Shown: positions 56,104 through 64,000 of the stretch, one piece after another
Numbering within the stretch: the stretch's first letter is position 1
Layout: every line of letters starts with the position of its first letter
NCBI GenBank assembly: GCA_028715175.1
Contig: JAQUSJ010000001.1
Location: forward strand, 212,550 to 276,549
Direction: 5' to 3'
From: Candidatus Daviesbacteria bacterium
Lineage (GTDB): Bacteria > Patescibacteriota > Microgenomatia > Daviesbacterales > UBA10151
DNA length: 64,000 nt
Made by a program: the position numbers and the translations under genes
The notes under the pieces: generated by a model
What the model was told of the DNA's origin: nothing
Databases searched by the model: none
What the model saw: the letters and a program-made list of their open reading frames with translations, nothing else

Positions 56104-57408
56104 ATGCCTAAAATGCCTAAAAGATTTGCAAAAGAGCCTTTAATTGAATTTAATCCAAAACTGCCAAAGCTTTCTGAGAACGAGAGTAAAGTTTTAAAGC
56201 TTTTGGTGGAAGCGGCAAAATTGATCGTCCCAATTTATAAACTTCAGGAAAACCAAAAACCCCTAGAAGGAATTAAAAAAGCAGCAAAAAAAAATCCGGC
56301 AATCCTTTCTCCATATACCGTAATTGAAGAACAAAATGGGAAACTGGTAGCAATTCCTTACCATGTCAAATATGCAGATTTATTAAAACCTATTGCAGAG
56401 AAATTGAGAGAAGCAGCCAAAATAACAGAGAACAAAGAGTTCGGTAAAGCGTTAAAGATCCAAGCAAAAGTTTTATTGGATGGAACTTACGAGCAAGCAA
56501 GTGCTGCATGGCTTAAGATGGAGCCATATATTTTAGATATATCCATCGGCCCGCTACATCATTATGACGATCGATTATTTTTCTCAAAGGCCTCTTATCA
56601 TGCTTGGGTGGGAGTAATTGATAGAGAAGGAACAGATAGACTCCTTAATTATAAGGCTGTGACACTAAGTGTGAGGAGGAAGACGCTTTCGCCCAAGGAG
56701 CGAATTGAACCAAAAAAAATGAAGGTGAAGGTGCTAGATGTAGTTATATTTTCGGGTATTATGGCCCGAACAAAATTTGTGGGGTTAAATCTGCCGATTG
56801 ATACAAATTTTGTTGAAAAATATGGGGCTGATGTTACTCTTTTTAATCAATCAAATGACTTAAGGTTTATGGAACAGGTTCTGCCAACTTTTAATCAAAT
56901 ATTCTCAAAAGATTTTAAACAAGGTTTTAGCGAGGAGGATTTAAGAAGAGGCTATCTGCGTTACACTGCCCTCCACGAACTGGCCCACAGCTATCTTTAC
57001 TATAAAAATGCCGCTAAAAACTTGGAAGATTTATTTCTTTGTATTTATGAACTTGCTGCTACTATTTTGGGACTTCGCTTGGCAGGATCATTGTTACTGA
57101 AAGATAGGATTACAGATAAACAACTTCAGTCCATGATTGTAGCCTATACTAGCAGATGTATCTACTTAATGAAGAAAGGCGGAAATGGTAGATTTATGAT
57201 GAAGTATGTTTTGGGAAGCACTATATTTATTAACTTCATGCTTGAGAGTGGTGCTTTAAGATGGATTGACAATCAGATTATTTCTAATTTCACCAAAATA
57301 TTTGTTTCGCTGCACGATTTATCGAATATATTAGAGAGTTTATTGATTCAAGGTACCAGAAAAGATGCAGAGTCCTTTATAAATAAGTATGCAAGTGATT
57401 TGTCTTGA
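56104..57408 (+). CDS. Zinc metallopeptidase-like protein (dipeptidyl-peptidase III / M49-like)
   Basis: IPYH..Y, NLP and HELAH motifs. Confidence 0.65.
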   Translation: MPKMPKRFAKEPLIEFNPKLPKLSENESKVLKLLVEAAKLIVPIYKLQENQKPLEGIKKAAKKNPAILSPYTVIEEQNGKLVAIPYHVKYADLLKPIAEKLREAAKITENKEFGKALKIQAKVLLDGTYEQASAAWLKMEPYILDISIGPLHHYDDRLFFSKASYHAWVGVIDREGTDRLLNYKAVTLSVRRKTLSPKERIEPKKMKVKVLDVVIFSGIMARTKFVGLNLPIDTNFVEKYGADVTLFNQSNDLRFMEQVLPTFNQIFSKDFKQGFSEEDLRRGYLRYTALHELAHSYLYYKNAAKNLEDLFLCIYELAATILGLRLAGSLLLKDRITDKQLQSMIVAYTSRCIYLMKKGGNGRFMMKYVLGSTIFINFMLESGALRWIDNQIISNFTKIFVSLHDLSNILESLLIQGTRKDAESFINKYASDLS

Positions 57409-57450
57409 ATTTTTATTTCAATGAAAGTATAATTTCAAATCTACAAAGCT

Positions 57451-58353
57451 ATGGCTACAGAGGCGGCGGAAGCAGGAGACTCATTAAGAGAATCAGTTGG
57501 TTTATCTCTCGTATTACCACGAGGAAACCCGGTAACACGTATCCATAATGGGATTTTTTATGAAACTCACAGAGTAACACCCAATAATATGTGGGCATTA
57601 AGATTTAGAGCTTTGCCTTTTGAAAAACAGCTAGGTTATGATTCGTTCCGTACCCATGATGAAATTCGTCACCATATCCAGCCCAGACCTGGTCGATTAG
57701 TAGAAGTAGAATTTGCCAGAATAAGATATAAGGGTGAAATGGTAGATATCGGGGTTGTTACTCAGGAGATAGCAGATATTTCTGTAGATGGACAGAAAAA
57801 AAGAGGATTGTCCATAGGAGTTAAGGTAGTTGACCCCAAATTTGAAAATCGCGATATAGGCACTCAACTTTTAATAGATGCGCTTCTTGAACACGATGGA
57901 ATTGATTTTGTTACAGGTAGAAGCAGAAATGGACGCGTATACCGTTATCTCGAGAAGTCTTTCCTTATCGAGAAAACTTTTCCGCTTGACGGAGAATTTA
58001 CTCCTGAAATTGTGGAAGCGCTTCGTCAAATTCTCGATATAACTAATTTCAAACAAATAGCAGATTTAAGAATCGGTCTTTGTGTAGGTATTTATCCTCT
58101 GGCAGATAGCGCACTTTTTATTGCTCCTAAAAATAACCCAGCAGCTGAAAGAATTGTTAATAGACTGACAGAATTGGGGGTGGAACCTGGAGGACTGAAT
58201 GGGCTAAGGTATTATGCAGTGGTTGATAAAGAGGCAGTAATGACTGCAAGGGATAAATATGCAGGAAACGAGATTTTAGAATCTACTCCTAGGTTATCGT
58301 CCTTAGGAACTTTACGTGACAAAATCGTTAGTTTGTTTCCTTGTCGTCATTAG
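57451..58353 (+). CDS. Hypothetical protein with GNAT-like segment
   Basis: VDPKFENRDIGTQLL resembles the acetyl-CoA-binding motif A. Confidence 0.6.
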   Translation: MATEAAEAGDSLRESVGLSLVLPRGNPVTRIHNGIFYETHRVTPNNMWALRFRALPFEKQLGYDSFRTHDEIRHHIQPRPGRLVEVEFARIRYKGEMVDIGVVTQEIADISVDGQKKRGLSIGVKVVDPKFENRDIGTQLLIDALLEHDGIDFVTGRSRNGRVYRYLEKSFLIEKTFPLDGEFTPEIVEALRQILDITNFKQIADLRIGLCVGIYPLADSALFIAPKNNPAAERIVNRLTELGVEPGGLNGLRYYAVVDKEAVMTARDKYAGNEILESTPRLSSLGTLRDKIVSLFPCRH

Positions 58354-58393
58354 ACTTCTTTTAAAAATTCACAGCTTCGGTTATACTTTACCC

Positions 58394-59872
58394 ATGGCTT
58401 TAGAGGATTTGCAGAAAGAAAGACTTAAAAAGTTAAAAAATATTCAAAGATTAGGGATTAATCCATATCCCGCCTACGCTAAAGCTGCGGCGGGCAAGCC
58501 TGCAAGAATTGATATTGATCGCGCACGCAAGTTGATGGGTAAGAAAATGGTGGTGGCCGGAAGAATCAGGTCGTTGCGTCCTCATGGCAAAATTACTTTT
58601 GCAGACATAGAAGATGTAACAGGCAAGGTTCAGCTTCTTTTTAGACAGGATAACCTCAAGGGTGAAAAATATGACTTCTTACAAAATCTTGATCTGGGAG
58701 ATTTTATTGAAGTTTCTGGTGAAGTAATGAGAACTCAAGCTGGAGAAATTACAGTTGATGTGGTAACTCTTTCAATTTTAACCAAAAGTTTACGTCCTCT
58801 TCCCTCAAACTGGTATGGACTAAAAGATGTGGAAGAAAGATACAGGAAAAGATATGTTGACCTTTTGATGAACCCGGGCGTCAAAGAAATTTTAGAGACC
58901 CGCTCCAAAATCATTTATACAATCCGTAAATTTTTAATAGAAGAAAAAGGATATATTGAAGTAGAAAACCCGGTTTTGCAGCCTGTTTATGGCGGGGGAA
59001 GAGCCAAACCTTTTAAAACTCATCATAATTCTTTAGATAGCGATTTTTATCTTCGCATTTCCAATGAGCTTTATTTAAAAAGGCTGATTGTGGGAGGTTT
59101 TGAGAAAGTTTTTGAAATCGGACATGTTTTTCGTAATGAAGGCATGGATAGAAATCATAACCCGGAATTTACCATGTTTGAAACAATGGAGGCTTATGCA
59201 GATTATAAAGATAATATGAATTTGATAGAGGAGATGTTTGAATATGTAGTCAAAAAGGTCTTTGGTAAAACAAAGCTTTCGTATCAAGGGAAAATGATTG
59301 AATTTAAAAGGCCCTGGCAAAGGATTAAATTGATAGATTTATTTAAAAAGCATACCGGAGTGCATTTACATGAAATTGATACTTTAGAAAAAGCAACTTC
59401 TCTAGCCAAAAAATTAGGAGTTGAGATAAAAGATTATATGACTGATGGAGAGATACTGTTGGAGATTTTTGAAAAAAAGTGTACAGATCAGCTGATTCAG
59501 CCGACATTTGTATATGATTATCCAGCTGATTTTTATCCCTTGGCAAAAAGGTGTGCTGATAACCCTAAGCTGGTTGAGAGCTTTGATATTTATGTGGCGG
59601 GAATGGAGATGGGAACCAATTGGAGCGAACAAAATAATCCCCAGGCTTTAAAAGAAGCCTGGATTGTTGAAAAAAAGAAAATGAAAAAAGGCAATTTGGA
59701 GGCTCAGAAGACTGACGAGGATTTTCTGGAAGCTTTGGAGTATGGTATGCCGCCTACTTCTGGTATCGGCCCGGGGTTGGATAGATGGGTAATGGTAATG
59801 ACTGATTCCCCTTCCATCTCGGATGTAATAGCATTTCCCATGCTAAGACCTGTGAAGAAAAACAAAAAATGA
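58394..59872 (+). CDS. lysS: Lysyl-tRNA synthetase (class II)
   Basis: RYRKRYVDL, FRNEG, HNPEFT and YGMPPTSG motifs. Confidence 0.97.
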   Translation: MALEDLQKERLKKLKNIQRLGINPYPAYAKAAAGKPARIDIDRARKLMGKKMVVAGRIRSLRPHGKITFADIEDVTGKVQLLFRQDNLKGEKYDFLQNLDLGDFIEVSGEVMRTQAGEITVDVVTLSILTKSLRPLPSNWYGLKDVEERYRKRYVDLLMNPGVKEILETRSKIIYTIRKFLIEEKGYIEVENPVLQPVYGGGRAKPFKTHHNSLDSDFYLRISNELYLKRLIVGGFEKVFEIGHVFRNEGMDRNHNPEFTMFETMEAYADYKDNMNLIEEMFEYVVKKVFGKTKLSYQGKMIEFKRPWQRIKLIDLFKKHTGVHLHEIDTLEKATSLAKKLGVEIKDYMTDGEILLEIFEKKCTDQLIQPTFVYDYPADFYPLAKRCADNPKLVESFDIYVAGMEMGTNWSEQNNPQALKEAWIVEKKKMKKGNLEAQKTDEDFLEALEYGMPPTSGIGPGLDRWVMVMTDSPSISDVIAFPMLRPVKKNKK

Positions 59873-60459
59873 ATATAATTGACTTAAAGAAAATATTGAA
59901 AGTTTTTTTGACGCTGCAATGGGCTAAAGAGCTTCCCAGACAGGGTTTTATTGCCTTGGGTTTTAAAAGGAATGAAGCGGACTCTGTTGCAGCACATTCT
60001 TTTACAACGGGACTGCTTGCCTATTTTTTGGCCAGACAATTACAAAAAGAAGGTATAAAAATAAATGCCGATAAAGTTTTGAAGATGGGACTTGTACATG
60101 ATATCGGCGAAACAATTGTTGGAGATGTCGGGACTTTTGTAAAAGGTATGGCAGGCGGAGTTTTTCGCAATATCGAAGAAGAAGGAGTGAAAGCGTTGCT
60201 TGAGGGTTTGGATTCGGAACAGGAAATAATAGAGTTGGTTGAAGAATATAACGAGAGAAAATCTGTTGAAGCAAGGGTGGTGAAAACGGCAGACAATCTG
60301 GATGCCCTGGCACAAGCCAAGGGTGTACCTGGGGCTCGAGATGCGTTAAAATATTTTAAGCAAGTGCATCATATAACTAAATTCGACTGGCACAAAAAGG
60401 CAGTTGATTTGATACTTTCCGGGGAGGTAGAACCTGCCAGAGGCTGGCAGAAACACTGA
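59869..60459 (+). CDS. HD-domain hydrolase (YfbR-like)
   Basis: PRQG...DSVAAHS, VHDIGE...GD and ADNLD motifs. Confidence 0.88.
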   Translation: MNIIDLKKILKVFLTLQWAKELPRQGFIALGFKRNEADSVAAHSFTTGLLAYFLARQLQKEGIKINADKVLKMGLVHDIGETIVGDVGTFVKGMAGGVFRNIEEEGVKALLEGLDSEQEIIELVEEYNERKSVEARVVKTADNLDALAQAKGVPGARDALKYFKQVHHITKFDWHKKAVDLILSGEVEPARGWQKH

Positions 60460-60461
60460 TC

Positions 60462-61700
60462 ATGTTAGATATTAATTACATTAGAGATAATTTGGAAAAA
60501 GTAAAAAAGGGAGTGGTTGCTAAAGGTTATCCTGTGGATTTGGTAGATAAAGTTTTGGAGCTTGATAAAACTCGCCGGCAGTTAATACAGGAAATTGACG
60601 AACTTCGCTCAAGAAAAAATAAAGCAGCTGAGGCAAGAGACGTGGAGACTGGTAAAAAAATTAAGGATGATCTTCATGAGAAAGAACCAAGACTTAAGAA
60701 AACAGAAGAAGAACTGGAAGAAGTATTAATTGCTATTCCTAATCCTCCATCTCCAGAGGCCCCTATTGGTAAAGACGAAAACGAGAATAAAGTTGTTAAA
60801 ACTTGGGGGCAACCGCAAGAATTTAAATTTAAACCCCGTGACCATATTGAGCTGGGGGAAAATTTGGGGATACTTGATTTTGAAAGTGGGGCTAAAGTTG
60901 CAGGATCTCAATTTTACTTTCTTTATAATGAAGGAGCGCTTTTAGAAATTGCATTGATACAGTTTGCTTTAAGCCTTTTATCCAAAGAAGGATTTACGCC
61001 GGTTATTACCCCTGATTTGGCTAAATCAAGACATTATTTGGGAACCGGATATAATCCGAAAGGTAAAGAGGCACAAACTTATACCATTGAAGGAGAGGAT
61101 TTGGGACTTATCGCAACGGCAGAAGTAGCATTGGCCGGTAAACATGCAGATGAGATTATCCCCGAGAAAGACTTGCCTATAAAATATATTGGTTATTCTC
61201 ACTGTTTTCGGAAAGAAGCTGGATCCTATGGTAAATATTCAAAAGGTTTATTTCGAGTCCATCAATTCACCAAAGCAGAGATTTTTATTTACTGTCTACC
61301 GGAGGAATCAGAAAAAATGCATCAATATCTACTATCCTTGGAAGAAAAGATTTATCAGGAACTTAAAATTCCTTACCGAGTAGTGGAAATGTGTACAGGG
61401 GACTTAGGAGCCATGGCCGCCCGGAAATTTGATATCGAAGCCTGGATGCCGGGTAGAAATGAATATGGAGAGGTGACATCTACTTCAAATTGCACAGACT
61501 ATCAGGCTAGGAATTTAAATATTCGCTTGAGGAGAAAAACCGGTGAATTGGAGTTTGCACATATGCTAAATGGAACCGCAATTGCAACCTCAAGATCAAT
61601 TATTGCCATCTTGGAAAATTTTCAAACTGAAGATGGCTCAGTTAAAATTCCCGAGGTTTTACAAAAATACGCCGGATTCTCCGAAATTAAACCTAAATAA
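60462..61700 (+). CDS. serS: Seryl-tRNA synthetase
   Basis: MLDI, TAE, CFRKEAG, RVHQF and HMLNGT motifs. Confidence 0.97.
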   Translation: MLDINYIRDNLEKVKKGVVAKGYPVDLVDKVLELDKTRRQLIQEIDELRSRKNKAAEARDVETGKKIKDDLHEKEPRLKKTEEELEEVLIAIPNPPSPEAPIGKDENENKVVKTWGQPQEFKFKPRDHIELGENLGILDFESGAKVAGSQFYFLYNEGALLEIALIQFALSLLSKEGFTPVITPDLAKSRHYLGTGYNPKGKEAQTYTIEGEDLGLIATAEVALAGKHADEIIPEKDLPIKYIGYSHCFRKEAGSYGKYSKGLFRVHQFTKAEIFIYCLPEESEKMHQYLLSLEEKIYQELKIPYRVVEMCTGDLGAMAARKFDIEAWMPGRNEYGEVTSTSNCTDYQARNLNIRLRRKTGELEFAHMLNGTAIATSRSIIAILENFQTEDGSVKIPEVLQKYAGFSEIKPK

Positions 61701-61702
61701 AC

Positions 61703-62761
61703 CTATATTCCTTGTCTTTGGCGGATGAGATCAGCTGCAGAAGTTGCAGACGGAGTGCCTCCTACTTGCCCAAAGCTTGCTGAACCTGTAGCAGTTGAGG
61801 GAGAAGGTTGCGCAGAAGTTGTGGCAATTGGTAGAGTGGGTTTAACTTGAGTTGTTTGCGGCGTGGTCGTTGCCGGCAAACTTGTTGTCCCCTTAGACGG
61901 TTGGCCAATGCCAAGTATAAAATATGCGGAAGCGCCTATTACTAAGATTAGCAGTCCCCCTGCTCCTACACCAAGCAGCCATTTTGGTATACCTTTGCGA
62001 CTTTCAACAGAAAGCGTTGATACTTCCGGGTTTGTAGTTGGGCTTGCGGGAGATGTAACTAATGTTTCAGGCGCAGATTGAACCAAATCTTGCTGCGGGT
62101 TATTGGTTATTAGATGAGAAAGATCTGTCGGAGCAGCTTCCTGGTTATTCATCCAGCTTGGCTGTGAGGGATTTGCAGGTGTTTCGCCCCATGGATTGTC
62201 TAGCGGTGAAGTAGCAGGAGACGGTTCATTGATGCCGCCGATAGGGTTAGCAGCCGGAGGAGTGAAAGTGGGAATTGATTCCGGTTGAGTTGGAGCTGGT
62301 ATCGGTGGTGTTGGAGTTTGCGGCTGTGGAATTGGTTCCGGTTCGCTCGGAACTGGAGGGGTCCAGGTAGAGGTTTGCGGGTTTGACCACGGGTTGGATA
62401 CTGCTGGTTCCGGTAGTACTGTAGGTTGGGTCGGCGGCTGGACTGGGGATGGAGGAGTCCAAACTGAGCTAAGATCAGGTCCGGCGCTTACTGATGCAGG
62501 CGGGCTAGCGCCCGGACTGGTTTGAGTTGTATCTTGAGCCCATGGAGAAAGAGGAGCTTGAGCGGGGCCTGGTTCCATAAAGGGTGTAGCAGGTTCTGAA
62601 ACTGGAGGCCAACTTGGTATCGGAGATGGTGGTGGAGCTGGTGTCTGGTTTGGTTCAACAATTGGTTGCGGTTGGGTGGGGGTTGGTTCCGGTTCGCTCG
62701 GAGCTGGTATCGGTGTCGGATTTAGGTTAGTAGGTGAATTTTGGTTATTAGGGTTATCCAT
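61703..62761 (-). CDS. Proline-rich single-TM protein
   Basis: About 250 aa of low-complexity P/T/S/Q sequence, a TM helix and a Thr-rich tail. Confidence 0.8.
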   Translation of the reverse strand: MDNPNNQNSPTNLNPTPIPAPSEPEPTPTQPQPIVEPNQTPAPPPSPIPSWPPVSEPATPFMEPGPAQAPLSPWAQDTTQTSPGASPPASVSAGPDLSSVWTPPSPVQPPTQPTVLPEPAVSNPWSNPQTSTWTPPVPSEPEPIPQPQTPTPPIPAPTQPESIPTFTPPAANPIGGINEPSPATSPLDNPWGETPANPSQPSWMNNQEAAPTDLSHLITNNPQQDLVQSAPETLVTSPASPTTNPEVSTLSVESRKGIPKWLLGVGAGGLLILVIGASAYFILGIGQPSKGTTSLPATTTPQTTQVKPTLPIATTSAQPSPSTATGSASFGQVGGTPSATSAADLIRQRQGI

Positions 62762-62881
62762 TAGGGCAGTTTTCTAGATAGTGTTAGTGTAAGGCAAGAA
62801 TATACTTATTGTCAATCATTTTATTGCGAAGCAAGAAGCTTGTCTTATATAATATGTGGTACAAAACAAAGCTTACTATTT

Positions 62882-64000
62882 ATGTTAAATTTCCTTGGAA
62901 AACTGCTAGATTCAAATGAGAGAGAAATAAAAAAATTTAAAGTTGTTGTTGATGCGATAAATGATCTTGAAAAAAGAGTATCAAAATTATCGGACAAGGA
63001 GCTTAAAGGTAGTTTTGCAAAATTTAGGTTAGAGCATAGAAACGGGAAAAGTTTAGATGAGCTGTTGCCGGAAGTATTCGCTTTCGTCCGTGAAGCCTCC
63101 AAAAGAACTATCAAGCAGCGCCATTTCGATGTTCAAATGATGGCTGCAATTACTTTGCATCAAGGTAAAGTAGCCGAACAGAAAACAGGTGAAGGAAAGA
63201 CGCTGTCGGCAACTCCGTCATTATTTTTAAATGCAATAGCCGGAAAAGGCGTGCATCTTGTGACTGTTAACGATTATCTGGCTCAGAGAGATTGCGGTTG
63301 GATGGGACCAATCTATTTTGCGCTTGGAGCAAGTTGCGCCACCATAATTCATGACGGCGCTTTTATTTATGATCCGAAATATAAAGATCTTGGCCACGGC
63401 GATAAACGATTACAACATCTCCGTCCGGTTACCAGGCAAGACGCTTACAATGCGGATATAACTTATGGAACGAATAATGAGTTTGGTTTTGATTACCTTA
63501 AAGACAATATGGTTTTTCGATTGGCGGATCAATCGCAACGCGGTCACTTCTTTGCAGTTGTTGATGAGGTGGACTCGATATTAATTGATGAAGCCAGAAC
63601 TCCGCTTATTATCTCTCAACCGGCACAGGAAGCAACGGAAAAATATTACGAGTTTGCCAAGATTATCGATACTCTTTCCCCGTCCGACTATGTCGTTGAC
63701 GAAAAGTTAAAGACAGCTAATCTTACAGAGCATGGAACTCTGAAAATAGAGAAGATGCTAAAAGTAGATAACCTCTATGAAAAGGATTTTTCTACTCTTC
63801 ATCATTTGGAAGAAGCTCTAAAGGCAAAAACTTTATTTCAGAAGGATAAAGATTATGTAGTGAAAGACGGGGAAGTAATTATTGTTGATGAATTTACTGG
63901 AAGACTTATGTTAGGACGAAGGTACTCGGAAGGGTTGCATCAGGCAATTGAAGCCAAGGAAGGCGTTTCAATTCAACAAGAGTCACAAACGCTGGCAACA
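62882..64000 (+). CDS. secA: Preprotein translocase ATPase SecA (runs off the window)
   Basis: Translated by hand: [61 protein letters not shown]. Confidence 0.97.
   Translation, partial: MLNFLGKLLDSNEREIKKFKVVVDAINDLEKRVSKLSDKELKGSFAKFRLEHRNGKSLDELLPEVFAFVREASKRTIKQRHFDVQMMAAITLHQGKVAEQKTGEGKTLSATPSLFLNAIAGKGVHLVTVNDYLAQRDCGWMGPIYFALGASCATIIHDGAFIYDPKYKDLGHGDKRLQHLRPVTRQDAYNADITYGTNNEFGFDYLKDNMVFRLADQSQRGHFFAVVDEVDSILIDEARTPLIISQPAQEATEKYYEFAKIIDTLSPSDYVVDEKLKTANLTEHGTLKIEKMLKVDNLYEKDFSTLHHLEEALKAKTLFQKDKDYVVKDGEVIIVDEFTGRLMLGRRYSEGLHQAIEAKEGVSIQQESQTLAT

Noticed and set aside
1-64000. CRISPR array, rRNA gene, prophage or integrase
   Set aside because: No regularly spaced repeat-spacer array, rRNA-like sequence, phage structural gene or recombinase was seen.

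Overview
A 64 kb, AT-rich bacterial window using the standard genetic code. Gene content and style suggest Patescibacteria/CPR, probably Microgenomates; this is an inference, not a database result. Housekeeping genes include secD, secF, secA, cca, recJ, aspS, gltX, lysS, serS, greA, lon, nrdR-nrdJ, cobO and hppA. There are two tRNAs (Gln-CTG, Glu-CTC), a riboflavin operon divergent from a pentose-phosphate operon, a large CsoR-regulated copper cluster, several peptidoglycan-remodelling enzymes, a HicBA toxin-antitoxin pair, two GIY-YIG genes and a RAYT transposase. The most notable signal lies outside the ORF track: three leader-peptide attenuators with a shared RNA architecture. These are a Phe-rich leader before pheA, a Leu-rich leader before an unknown 74-aa gene, and a leader before greA whose 71-nt switch is homologous to the Leu one. 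Also notable are REP-like palindromes inserted in-frame in essential genes, a RAYT flanked by 43-bp direct repeats, a GIY-YIG gene sitting between a split tRNA fragment and the intact tRNA, and widespread apparent leaderless initiation.
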